Positions 12,125-23,623 of a stretch of DNA of 64,000 nucleotides are shown one piece after another (positions within the stretch are counted from its first letter, which is position 1; each line of letters starts with the position of its first letter). The position numbers and the translations under genes are program-made. This stretch comes from Emiliania huxleyi CCMP1516 (taxonomy: Eukaryota): contig NW_005201092.1 in NCBI RefSeq assembly GCF_000372725.1, positions 470,564 to 534,563 of the forward strand, in the 5' to 3' direction. The notes beneath the pieces are model-generated. The model was not told where the DNA came from and searched no databases. It was given only the letters and a program-made list of their open reading frames with translations.

Positions 12125-12490
12125 CCTCCATCGCGCTCGAGAGCGGCTTGCGCGGCGGCGACATCTCGGGCCGCTCGAGGGTGTACCTAGTACCGCACCA
12201 CCCAACGACCTCAACCCACACTGGGTTTGAGACCCTGGAGGTATGGTGCAGTGGCCGTACTTTGAGTCGAAGTTGGAGACGTCGAGAGCGCCGTCGGCGA
12301 GCGCGGGCAGCAGCGGCGGCTCGAGTCGGCGCAGTTCCAGCATCCGCCAGTTGAGGCCGCGGAAGAAGGCGTGCGCCTAGTACTTACCACACCTCCAGAG
12401 TCTCGAACCCAGTGTGGGTTCAGCTCCGTGGGTGGTGTGGTAGAAGGGGTGCGCCTTGATAATGGCGATCGCGTCCGACTCGAGAGAGCG
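12125..12490 (-). pseudogene. Orphan C-terminal fragment of an AGC-family Ser/Thr kinase
   Basis: Spliced read ESDAIAIIK|AHAFFRGLNWRMLELRRLEPPLLPALADGALDVSNFDSK|YTLERPEMSP; no catalytic domain found upstream. Confidence 0.65.
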
Positions 12491-12848
12491 CGGACGGCGG
12501 AGCGAGTGCGAGTGGGAGAGAGGGCCCCGCCCCCATCCCTCCCCGCACCCCGCGCCGGCTCCCGTACACCGGCGTGAGGCAGTAAAAGGGGGAGGTGTCT
12601 CGGTAGTCGGGTCGCGCGGTGGGGCGCCGGCGTTGTGTACAACATGTGTGAGCTCTCTCTAGACTCTACAACCCACAGGAGGTCACATGTCGCTCACACC
12701 GCTTCTCAGTGTGTACTGTGTACAGTGACTTTTTCTCAGCGCGGTCAGCCTCAGAGGGGGAGAGTCAAAGGGGTCGCACATTGAGCCGACGCGCCTCTGG
12801 CGACACACCTTGCGAGGTGCGGCGAGGACACCACAGGTGACAGCCGTG

Positions 12849-14295
12849 TCACCGACCTGCCGCCCACGCCTCGATCTTCTTGGGCAGCAGCTGGTCCGAC
12901 AGGTCCTCTCCATGTCCTAGGCAGCCGTGGCCGCCCTTGCCCCACGTGAAGACGGTGCCGTCGGCGGTGAGGGCGAGGCTGTGCCGCTCTCCCGCCGACA
13001 CAGCGACGACGCGCTGGCCAGCCAAGGCCTCGACCTTCTTGGGCAGCGGCTGGTACTGCCGATTGCCGTGGCCTAGCTTGCCATCCCCTCCACCGCCCCA
13101 GCTCCAGACACTGCCGTCGGCAGTGATGGCGAGGCCGTGCCGCTCTCCAGCCGACACAGCGATGACGCGCTGCCCAGCAAAGGCCTCGACCTTCTTGGGC
13201 AGCGGCTGGATCTGCTCGTCGCCGTGGGCCAGCTTGCCGAAGTCTCCATCGCCCCAGCTCCAGACACTGCCGTTGGCGGCGAGAGCGAGGCTGTGGCGCT
13301 GCCCAGCAGACACAGCGACGACGCGCTGGCCAGCCAAGGCCTCGATCTTCTTGGGCTGCCACTGGTCCCGCGTGTCGCCGTGACCCAGCCGGCCAGAGGC
13401 TCCACCGCCCCCAGCTCCAGACGGCGCCGTCGGCGGTGATGGCGAGGCAGTGGGTTGTTCCAGCCGACACAGCGACGACGCGCTTTCCCGCAAAGGCCTC
13501 GACCTTCTTCGGTAGCGGCTGGGTCTGTGTGTCGCCGTGGCCCAACCGGCCCCAGGCTCCATTGCCCCAGCTCCAGGCGGCGCCGTCGGCGGTGATGGCG
13601 AGGCTGTGCTCATATCTAGCCGAGACAGCGACGACGCGCGATTCGGCGAAGGCCTCCACCTTCTTCGGCTGGCATTCGTCCTGCTCGTCGTCGTCGTCAT
13701 CGTCGTCGCCGTGGCCCAGCGCGCCCAAGCCTCCCTGGCCCCAGCTCCAAACGGCGCCGCTGCTGGTGAGGGCGAGGTTGTGGAATGCTCCAGCCGAGAC
13801 GCTCACGGCGCGCTCGCCTCCCAGCGATGTAGAGGGGAGGCGGGTCGGCGTGATGAGCCGCGCCACGCCCTCGCCGTGGCCAAGGAGGCCTGGGACGTGA
13901 GCCGGCGCATTGCCGCACGACGCGAGCCGCCCCTCGCCGACGATGAAGACGCTGTGCCGTCCGCCTGCCGCCGCCCTCACCGGCGGGTTGGACTCGCACA
14001 GCAACGCAGCGAAGCACAGCCACCGCACGGCGCAGCCCTCGTCCTCTGGCTGCGCCGGCAGCTCGAAGCCGCGCTCTTGCGCCCACAAGCGGATGGCCTC
14101 CGCCGCGAGCGAGGCGTGGAAGAGGAGCGAGACGGCCGCGACGCGAGCGATGTCGATGGGGCTGTCGCAGCGAGCGAGGACGCGTTCGAGGAGGTCCGTG
14201 GGGAGGTCGAGGAGGCGGGCGGGCGGCGGCGTGTCTGGCGAGGGGGCAGCGGCGGCGGCGAGGCGGCGAGAGCGGCGCCGCGGATTGGCAGACAT
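12849..14295 (-). pseudogene. F-box-like plus RCC1-repeat protein with a +1 frameshift near 13408-13412
   Basis: LLDLPTDLLERVL F-box-like start; repeats VSAG..HSLA.TADG.VWSWG.G..G.LGHGD split over two frames; a 5-C run where sister repeats have 4 (could be a sequencing error). Confidence 0.85.
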
Positions 14296-14597
14296 ATATG
14301 CATATGCCGAATCGCAAGAAAGAAAACCGCCGTGCCGAGCAGTCTTCAAAAAGTTACTATTGTCCCCCCAGAGTCGAGCTGGCACCCACCAGACCAGCGA
14401 CAGTGCCGTTCCGTTCCCCAAGCCTCACGCATTTTTTTCTTCTTGCAGCGACGCTGGTTTCGCTCGGTTCTTTTTGGCGAGGTACATGTAACTGGGGGCT
14501 GAGAGGCCGCGCCCGAATTGCAATGACGATGATCAGGGCCTTAGTCCTGCAAAACCAAAGGAAGGAGATAGCGTGTCGCCATCAAGCTCACTCCGCC

Positions 14598-16205
14598 ATG
14601 TCCGCTCCTCTCACGCCACCCACGTGCGCCAAGCCCTCGCGGGGCTACATCACCGAACGCAAGGTCCAGGCCCGCGGCGCCGCCGCGGCCCGTGGCGCCA
14701 CGGCGAAGAAGCCCGTCACGAGGTACGACGCTCCCTACACGACCGAGGACGGCAAGCCGCTCGGCCACTACGACGACTCGCTGGGTAAGTGGGTCGGCGA
14801 GCCGTTGTGGGAGCGCATCACCTGCCCGGCCCTCGCGGCGCTGGTCAAGAATGGCGACCTCGTTCCCGACCCGCAGACCGGTCACATCACGCAGAAGCAG
14901 TGCAAAGATGCCTTCGCAACGATTGGCGTCAAGGATGTCGGCGCTGCTGCGACCGCCGCCAACTTCAACTACCTGGGTGGGAATGAGCCCGCCAACTGGA
15001 AGCACGCTGGGTTCCCTGGCTCGTGGGGCGAGGAGTGGCAGGGCAACAAGTGGACGGGGCCCCGCAAGTGCGCTAAGGAGGACAGAGAATGCGGCATGGT
15101 GCCCAACGGGCTGCCAGTCTGCGGGACCAAGGACGGGAAGGAGTACTCCCAGTGTGACGTCGACGCTTTCCTCGACGAGCTCCACATCAACGTCTACTTC
15201 ATGAATGTGACCAACAAGCAGTGGTACACCAGCAGCCCCTTCAACTGCTGCACGCTCGAGCCGCAAGGCATCGTCAATCCGAACCCGTACAACAACATGG
15301 AGCACTCCAAGTCGACCGGCATCCGCGACTTCCGCCTCAAGACCGGCGGCTTCGCGGGCTTCTGGAACTGCGTGCTCAGCGCCTTCCCGTTCAAGGAGCA
15401 GTTCTGCGGCGAGAACACCTGCCAGGTCAAGAGGGACATCACGCCGTCCAAGCAGCAGATGAACGAGTTTCTCAACTTCGCATTCCAGAGTCGAGAGAAC
15501 GGGGACGCGAAGAAGGCGCCCACTTACAACGCGCCCTGCATCTCGCGGAACGTCTGCCTCGGCTTCCCCCTCAACCGCTGCGGCGCAAACTGCCTGAACG
15601 GCAAGCCGCCTGATGACGCCGTCCTGCACCACACCTGGAACCCCAACTTTCTGCAGCGGGAGACGCCCGAGGTCGATAACGCCGTGCACTGGTTCAACAT
15701 CGACAACCAGCAGACGCTGCAGTCTCTCTACGCCGAGATCACGAACGACCGCTTCCCGGGCCCGAAACAGATCGAGTACCTCCAGGGCGGCGAGAAGGAC
15801 AACTACATCGTGCCCGGGCAGTTTGCGAAGCGGCCGACGGACGACGGCAACCTCGAGGCGGCCGTCAAGGCGCTCTTCGTGGAGTTCGGCTACCCGGCGG
15901 ACCAGTGTGAGTCGATCCACTCCGCGCCGCCAAAGAACAAGCACGAGGCGATGGCCCGCTCGTGGACGATGCCTGTCAAGGAGTGGCGCGCCCTGTGGAT
16001 CGATTCCGAGTACCCGAAGGCGGTGCAGGACCGCAAGCAGAAGGCGAAGGCTGGCGAGTGCCCGTTCCGCGCAAAGCCGGCCGCGTCCTTTGTGCCCGTC
16101 CCCGACCAGCCGTGGCTGAAGCGGAGCACTGAGGACCCAGACGTGTACCTCCGCCACGGCGAGAAGTTCCCCGTGCGCCTGCCCTCGACGGCGCCGGCGG
16201 CTTGA
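14598..16205 (+). CDS. Cys-rich protein, possibly a divergent heme-thiolate peroxidase/peroxygenase
   Basis: Long intronless ORF with strong GC3 bias; TCPALAALVKNGDL and MEHSKSTGIRD resemble the PCP and EHDxS..R.D motifs. Confidence 0.55.
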   Translation: MSAPLTPPTCAKPSRGYITERKVQARGAAAARGATAKKPVTRYDAPYTTEDGKPLGHYDDSLGKWVGEPLWERITCPALAALVKNGDLVPDPQTGHITQKQCKDAFATIGVKDVGAAATAANFNYLGGNEPANWKHAGFPGSWGEEWQGNKWTGPRKCAKEDRECGMVPNGLPVCGTKDGKEYSQCDVDAFLDELHINVYFMNVTNKQWYTSSPFNCCTLEPQGIVNPNPYNNMEHSKSTGIRDFRLKTGGFAGFWNCVLSAFPFKEQFCGENTCQVKRDITPSKQQMNEFLNFAFQSRENGDAKKAPTYNAPCISRNVCLGFPLNRCGANCLNGKPPDDAVLHHTWNPNFLQRETPEVDNAVHWFNIDNQQTLQSLYAEITNDRFPGPKQIEYLQGGEKDNYIVPGQFAKRPTDDGNLEAAVKALFVEFGYPADQCESIHSAPPKNKHEAMARSWTMPVKEWRALWIDSEYPKAVQDRKQKAKAGECPFRAKPAASFVPVPDQPWLKRSTEDPDVYLRHGEKFPVRLPSTAPAA

Positions 16206-16776
16206 ACCGCCTCACCCTCTCAGCGCCGTGGGCGGGGGCTGAGGACCGAGGTCCTCGACGGTGATGATTGATATGTCTAGTGCGTACACGTGGCTGTGTT
16301 TGTAGAGTTGGTTGGGTTGTCGTGTGGTCCGCCGGTCGCACGGTCTCCTGCTCTCCGTTCCCTTAAGAAGCCTTTCTGCTTTCAGAGTCAAGAAGCGATC
16401 GCGCGAAATCCGGGCAAATCTCACCACAGCCAGTCAGCCACCTGCCGAGTGCCACCGTTCACTCGGCAGGGGGCCGCAACTGCCTCTGGAAGGCACCGAG
16501 AGGTACCGAATGGCGCAATGACCGAAAACAAATTGTGTAACGCGAGCCGGGAACAGCCCATGCGACATCTAGTGCGACATGGTGTGCACACAGGTGGATT
16601 TTGGGGCGCTGTCTGCCCTCTAGAGACAGAAGTCAGAACGCACGGTCTCGGTGTAGAAGACCATTCTCCAATTCTCAAACACCACTATGTCTTGCTGTGG
16701 TGTGTTATTAGCCCATCCACCGGGGGGGGCGGGAGACGGAGAGTGGGGAGACTCCGGAAAACCGGACGAGGGACGT

Positions 16777-17668
16777 CTAACCGGCAATCGCGCCCGTGGC
16801 AAGGACGGCGTTCCCAAAGGCATCCGTGACGGGGACGCCTTGCACCATGAGGAAGGACGCCTTCTCAAAGCCCACGACGCCGCGAAAGTCGGCGCGGTCG
16901 ATGTTCGCGTGGTCGAAGATGGAGTCGGTGATGGTGGCGCCGCGGAAGGACGTGCCGAACAGATTCGCGTTCGCAAACTCGGCGAGGTGCGCCTACGGGG
17001 AGGTGGAAGCTTGACCACGCGCCGCTCTATCGCATGCGGCCCCACAGCACATTTCCTGGCAAGGCCCCAGAGCAGTGCGCCTTTGACCCGTCTCGGCTCT
17101 TTCTCGGCCAGAGACCATGTACCTCGGCGATATCTCGATCTCGGCTAGGGGCCTCGTCTCGCCTTCGAGAAGTCGCACCCAACGGCGTGCGCCTTGTGGA
17201 AGAGCGCGCCGAATAATATAATGTATAATAATAAATAATAAATAATAACGGCGTGCGCCTTGTGGAAGAGCGCGCCCCCCGGGAAGAAGGCCCCCGCGGA
17301 AGGTCGAGTTGGCGATGTGTTGCAATAGATGCCAGACATGTCGCACGGCCCGTTCAGGTTGACCTTCATTAATTTAAATTAATTGATGAATTAATTCTTC
17401 CAGACATGTACACGGCTGCTCGTGCGTTGTCGGCAGAGGTCGCGATCTCGGCTAGATCTCTCGGCTGTGTCTCGGCTAGGTCTCGTGAGATCGCGATCTC
17501 GGCTGGATCTCTCGGCTGTGTCTCGGCTAGGTCTCGTGCGTTATCGAAGGAGGTCGCGATGATGCGGGCGCCCTGCAGACGCGCGTCGACGATCGCGGCG
17601 CGGTCGAGCGAGGAGTTCAGGAAGAGGGAATTCGGAAGAGGGGACAAGAATTGCTGACGGTAAGCCAT
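16777..17668 (-). CDS. Pentapeptide-repeat protein, multi-exon; start uncertain
   Basis: SLDRAAIVDARLQGARIIATSFDNA and ANANLFGTSFRGATITDSIFDHANIDRADFRG. Confidence 0.7.
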
Positions 17669-17691
17669 GATCGGGGACGGCCGACGTCCAA

Positions 17692-18892
17692 ATGTCTCTT
17701 CCGCTCGCGCTCAGCGCGTTCGTCGCGCCAATCGCGGCGCCAGCCGTGACAGACGCGCCGGCTGGGACAGAGCGAGGGATCTGGGACTTCAACCCGTGGG
17801 GCGGAGGAGGACCAGCGGGACCGCCGTCGCCGCCCGCCCCACCTCCGTCGCCGCCTCCTCCGCCGCCACCTCCTAGTCCGCCGCCTCCAGCTCCTCCGCC
17901 ACCCTCGCCCTCGCCGCCGCCTAGCAATCCGCCGCTGCCTCCGCCACCTCCACCGCCGCCGCCCCCGCCGGGCTTGCCGCCTTCGCCGCCGCCTCCGCCG
18001 CCGCCCAGATTTGGCCACACCCACACCCTCGCCGACACGTCGGGACACGTGCAGGCTGGAGCCGCCGCTCGGAGTGAAATTCCGCGCGACGTCGTATCAC
18101 GCATTGCACGTTGCTATGTCGTAGGACTGGATGGCAGGAGTTTCCAAGAGCGAAATTCCCGAGGAGAACCTCAACCCGAAGAAGGCTCCCACTGCCGCCC
18201 TTGACGCTCTCCCTGCCGCCTCTCCCTCCTGACATGACTCGACCGCCTTGCTGTCATTCCATAATGCCTGCTACCTCCATCCCCCCCCCCCCCCCCGCCA
18301 AGGAGGAAGCCAGGATGTACGGCATTTTCCTCGGCTTTGGCTTAATGGCAACCGAGACGGTGAGACACCCCGTGGTGCTAGGGAGGCGGCGAGAGAGCCC
18401 GGCTACCCCGCACGCCGCCGCGGCGGCCTGGACCTCTCTCCACCTGCTGCGAGCCACCCACACGACACGCCCTCGTCTCGCCCCCTCATCGCAGGCGATT
18501 GTCATTTTGTTCATACTCGCGCAGTGCTGCTGCAGTGCGGCCGAGGAGGAGCACAAGCGGGACGCGAAGCTGCTCGACGAGAACCGGCTCACCTCCTCGG
18601 CCTACCCGCCCGCTGGAGGCAATAGCTGCACAGACACAAGCTCTCACCAACAGCTGCACTGGCGGCTCAGTACTTTGCACGGGGCTCCCGCCGGTCTCAG
18701 ATGTGGGTGGGGAGGGAGCCGAGCCTGTATCCACACCTCAGCGTGCGGGTTGTATCTGACCGTGCGTTTCCTGTAGGTGGCCGGCCTAGCGGCCGCTACG
18801 CGCTCGGCAATATGCAGAATGCACCATTCACCCAAAAGGTGGGCGGCATGGCGACCACGCCGGCGCCAGGCCTTCCAGTGCTGAATGCATAG
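17692..18892 (+). CDS. Proline-rich (extensin-like) single-pass membrane protein, multi-exon
   Basis: Signal-like N-terminus, SPPP repeats, TM segment YGIFLGFGLMATE|AIVILFILAQCCC, tail ending GLPVLNA-stop. Confidence 0.55.
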
Positions 18893-20038
18893 CTGTCAGG
18901 TGGAATATGGAGGGAGCGAGGAGTGCCGGTGCACTCAGCTTCGGTGCCGGTGGAGGGCGGCACCCTATCGCCCACGCACACGCGGAGCACAGCACACCTC
19001 TTCGCGCTAAGCCAAACAAATGCTATGCGCGGGCGTGGCGACTCCGAGGCCTGCTCCCTGGGCCCTCAGCAGCTCGTTGCTCTGAATGATATTTTGGCAT
19101 CTTCATCGCGCGAGCGAGCGCGCATCCGAGAGGTCCCGAAAAACGCGAAATAAAGAGGAGATTCAACACAAGGAGAATTGTGTTGAAACCGCTCCCGATG
19201 GGTGATAGCCTGGCGCCCGGCAAAATCAAACTTTCTCGCCCGATGACACAATAGCGGAAAAAATCCCCAGCGCAATCTGGTATAAACCTCGAGAGAGAGA
19301 GAAGGAGCATGAAAAGCAGTCCTCCTCCGGGAATGTACGTAAGAGCCACATACATTGAAAAGTTTCCGCCCACTGTGACTCTGTGATTTTATTTTGTGTG
19401 AGCGCTGTGTGTTGCTCAGCGTCCCGGTGAGTACGGCGATCAGAGCTCCCCCGGTCGTCGCGCTAAACCGTAACCCGCCGAGGCGGGCCGGATCCACGCG
19501 TTGCCAGACTACCCCGTTCCGCCCGTTGAGGCCGCTCGTCTAGCCAATCAGCCTTAAGCGAGCGGCCTGGCCGTTGGAATGGCCGGGTGGAGAGAGGGGC
19601 GGAGTCGGCTCGGAAGCGCGACTGCAGCCACGGGGACTGCCCGCCCACTCTCGTCGGGTTGAGATCTCTTCTGGCAATAGTTCATGTAAAGCCGTATCAT
19701 GTGACTGCACTCAAGAGTGCTCCAAGACCAAGTCGCAAAAGTGAGTGTGCTCAACTAAGTGCTCTAGCGCTGCAATGTGCTCTCTCGCCGCAGTCTCGCA
19801 TAGTCTCACACTCACGGGGCGGGGTGCGCACCTGTCGTGAGGCGTGTCGGCAGTTTCGGGGAGCTCTATTTTTCACGGAGTGTTCTCACTTTCTTCATTT
19901 TCGCAGATTCGAGATTGAGATACGGAAAGCCGAAAAGCGAAATTGAGCCGTAATACGAAAAAAACAGTAGCACCACTGAGCACTGCGTCGGGATCTGTCT
20001 GAGTGTCTGTTGCGGACGCCTTCCCCCCGGCCGCCCCC

Positions 20039-22194
20039 CTAGCTCTTCTGTCTCTTCGACGAGGGGCTGGCGCGGAAGAAGCCTGCGAGAGTGGCCGCGG
20101 CCGCCTTTGGCGGGCGAGGCACGGGCTCGCCGGCTATCTCGTGCGCCAGGCGCTTGAGCGCCTCGGCGTTGCGCGGCATGGCGGCCTGTTCCGAGTCGTT
20201 GAGCACAAACGCCCAGACCTCGATCCCGCGCATGCGCCAGCCGTGGACCACCGCCGCCAGCCGGCGCAACTCGTCCTCGCCGTAGTCGTAGGCGTGGTCG
20301 TCGCACCCGCCGTGTAGCCGCACGTACGCAAACGGCGCCGTCTGGGGCCAATGCCGGTCAAGGTCGGAGGGAGGGTACTCGCTGCGCGCCTCGCCCCTCG
20401 CGCCCTGCTCCACAGTCGCGCGCCCCATGCTGTCCGGGTGCGCCACGAGCGCCCAGCCGCGCCGCCGGAGCCAGTCGGCCAGGCCGCGCTGCGGGTCGAG
20501 CCACGAGGCGTGGCGCACCTCGAGCGCGACTCGCAAGGCGGGCGACGCGGCGGGCGACGTGGCCGGCGATGCTGCGGGGGCGGCGGCTGGCGCGGCGGCG
20601 AGCGCGCTTGCGGCGCCCTGCTCCGCCTCCTCGACGGCAGCGGCGATGTCTTCGAGGAGGGCGGCGTCGGCGACGACGGAGCGCGGGAACTGCAGCAGGA
20701 GCGGGCCGAGGGGGGCGCCGAGGGAGAGCGCACGCGCGAGAAAGGCCGTCAGCGCGCCGAGAGCAGACGGGTCGCGCGGGTTCGCCGCGTGTGTGAAAGC
20801 TGCGGGCGCCTTCAGGCAGCAGCGGAAGCCGCGGCCGGAGCGGGCGCGCCACGCAGCAACGGTGGCGGGCGAGGGCAGCGCGTACGCCGTGGAGTTGATC
20901 TCGACCGCGCAGAAGCGCTCCTGGCAGGAGAGGGTGCGGGAGAGGAGCAGGAGGAGGAGGGGAGAGGGTGCCGTCTCTTCTCGCCCGACTCTTCTCTTCT
21001 CGCCTCCTCTTCTCGCCTCCTCTCCTCTCTGCTCGCCGCCTCTCTTCTCGCCTCCTCTCCCCTCGCCTCCTCTCCTCTCGCCTCCCCTCCTCTCGACCGC
21101 TCCTGAAGAAAGTCGAGCGCCGCGTCGCCCTTGGCTCGCCTCGCTCCAGGGGCGAAGAAGGGGCCCGCCCAGTGGCCGCTGACCGCTGCGAAGCCAGCCG
21201 GACCGACAAAGAGCGGCGGGAGGGCCCTCGGCGCGACTCCGACGGCGAGGTACGCGCTCGCCTCGAGCCGGACCTCGCCGCCTCCGAACCGCTGGTCGAG
21301 GGCAGAGAGGACAGCGGAACGCAGCAGCGCGGCCCGCTCGTCGCCTGATGCATGCATCACCCGCCTCGTCGGCACGAGGGAGCTACCGGCCCGCAGCAGC
21401 GCGGCCTCGCTCCTCGCCGAGGCGTGCGAGTAGCGCGCGCGTGCCGGGCGCTCCCAGAGCGAACCGCTCCCAAAACGCCTCTGCGCTGCCGCAGGTCAGC
21501 GTGCGGGTGACGGGACCGCGCACGTGCGGCTCGAGGCCGGCGGCGCGCAGCAGCGCGGAGAGCACCGCGGGAGACCCGTCGATGCGCCGCGCCGCGCCGG
21601 CGGGAGGCGCCGTCGCCTCCTCCCCGAGCGTCTCCCTCGCCACGGTCGGGATGAGCTGGAACGCGGCCGTCTCTTCGGCCGAGCCCCAGGCGGAGAAGGC
21701 GATGGCGCCGCCGGGCCGCACGCAGCGGCTCAGCTCGGCGATCCTGTGCACGCTGTGGTGCGAGTGAGGAGACGCTGTTCACGGTCGGGAGCCACCGCGG
21801 CGCAGTCGGCGAGCCCGGCCGCCACGTCCGGAAAGAAGATGACGCCAAAGCCAGACGTCGCGAGGAGCGACCCACCCGCAAGGTCGAGCGGGAGAGCGGT
21901 GCCCTCTGCCACCCGCGTCGCCAGCTCGTGGCCCGCCGCACTCGCCCGTTCCGAAGCCACACGCAGCATCTCGCCCGAGCCGTCGGTCGCGGTCACTTTC
22001 GCTCCACGCCGAAGCGCCTCGAGCGCAACCGCACCGCTGCCGGCCGCCACGTCGAGCACGTGCGCGCCCGTCAGAGCCACGCCGCCGAGCGCCTCGCACG
22101 CCGCGTCGAGCAGAGGAGCGGCGAATTGGGAGGTGAAGGGCTCGACCCGCTCGGCGTAGGCCTCGGCGACGCTGTCCCAGGCATGGTTGGACAT
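20039..22194 (-). CDS. Class I SAM methyltransferase fused to a DUF72 (YecE/UPF0759) domain, 4 exons
   Basis: VLDVAAGSG, FGVIFFPD, RPGG; then FVGPAGF..HWAGPFF, AVEINSTAY, LKAP, LLLQFP, LEVRHASW, YVRLHG. Confidence 0.8.
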
Positions 22195-22304
22195 CGCTCA
22201 AATTTTTCTCTTCTTTTTACCGCGCTAGGTTCTTACCTTTCTACCAACCTACCAGCGCCCTTGTCGTGCCAGTGTGCTGTGAGAGAGGCTTGTATTTCAA
22301 GAAT

Positions 22305-22438
22305 TTTTTTTACTCCAACCAAGAACTCGAGCACTTGAGCACTTGATAGGGTCGATTAGTTAGAGATTTGTCCAACTTTTTCTTCTTTTTTACTCCAACC
22401 AAGAACTCGAGCACGTGAGCACTTGATAGGGTCGATTC
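22305..22438. repeat. Local duplication of about 53 bp
   Basis: TTTTTACTCCAACCAAGAACTCGAGCAC.TGAGCACTTGATAGGGTCGATT occurs twice. Confidence 0.85.
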
Positions 22439-22702
22439 CGCATGGTACGGGACCCCTCGATCGTCTCGCCCTCCCTCACTGGTGTGTTCATTGGGGGGCG
22501 GGGGTCATAACAAACACGGTACAGGATCGAGGTGCACGCTGCTGAGGGACCCCCCAGAGGGTAGATCGAGCAGTGTCGTCCCCCCTTCTCCATCATCTCC
22601 CTGGGAGACGTCGGCGGCGATGGCGGTGTGACCGATCGAGCTACAAGAGGAGCTTTGTTCAGCAGGATCCGGGCTAGTCTGGCGCACTACCTCACTGGGC
22701 CT
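22427..22702 (+). repeat. Dispersed repeat family B, longest copy
   Basis: Begins TAGGGTCGAT; similar to 56050-56264 and, inverted, to 5602-5738. Confidence 0.8.
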
Positions 22703-22729
22703 GGAGACCGCCGGGACGCCTCCCCTCAC

Positions 22730-22767
<38 letters not shown>

Positions 22768-23623
22768 CCTCGGATTTATGTGGGATCGAACCACTCCGGG
22801 ATGGGCAAGCCCATCGTGATTAATTGTCAAAATTCCCTGTTGTGCCAAGAGGGGAGAGGGCTCGGACGGAGCGCGTGGCGAAAGAGGGCAGGGAATGGGC
22901 GCGGGGGAGGGAGGGGGGGGCTCAGCCGTGCAAAAAGCATCAATTAATAATATTAATGAAGAGATATTGCTCGGCCGTTCATGAAGTCCGTCTCGATCTG
23001 GAGGAGACGGGTCAACCCCGTGGAGGACCAGATCACGTTCACATTGTCGTAGCCGGAGACGGGATGTCGGATGTTGACCTTTAGCTCGTGGAAGCCAACC
23101 TTCCCCGTTGGTTTCCCCCCCCCAAACCATCGGCCAACTTTTACCGAATGCCAAAGTTGCATTTTACCATTCTGGCAAATTCGACGATGAAACGCGACAA
23201 CCGTCTTTTCTGTTTTCTGTTTTCCAAAACGCCCGCCCGCCCGCCACCCCGAGGCGGCTCGGCCCCCCACTGACCGAGAGATCAAAAACGCTCGGCCAAG
23301 GCGCACATGTGTGGCTGCTTGGTGGCTCGAATCCTCGCCCTGGCCCCCCTGCTCGGTGCCCCCTGCCCCCCTGCTCTCGCGGCCTCTCGCCACACAAATC
23401 ACATTTTTTCTCATGAAAGGTGACTGCTCAACGCGCGCCCGGTGTGCCGTCTCGGCTGCGAGTGGGAGTGCGTCTCCACTGGCCCGAGACCCCGCGCGCA
23501 CGCACCACACCCCCCGCGGGTCCTCGGCCGCTCGGCCAGTGCGGCCACCGTGCGCGTGAACTCGCGCGAGCCCGCACGACGAGCTCCCCGCCACGGTCGT
23601 GCTCCCCTTCGTGGCTCGTGGCC

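Noticed and set aside
14541..16157. Long antisense ORFs here and at 3980, 51667 and 61644
   Set aside because: Shadows of GC3-rich genes on the opposite strand; no motifs
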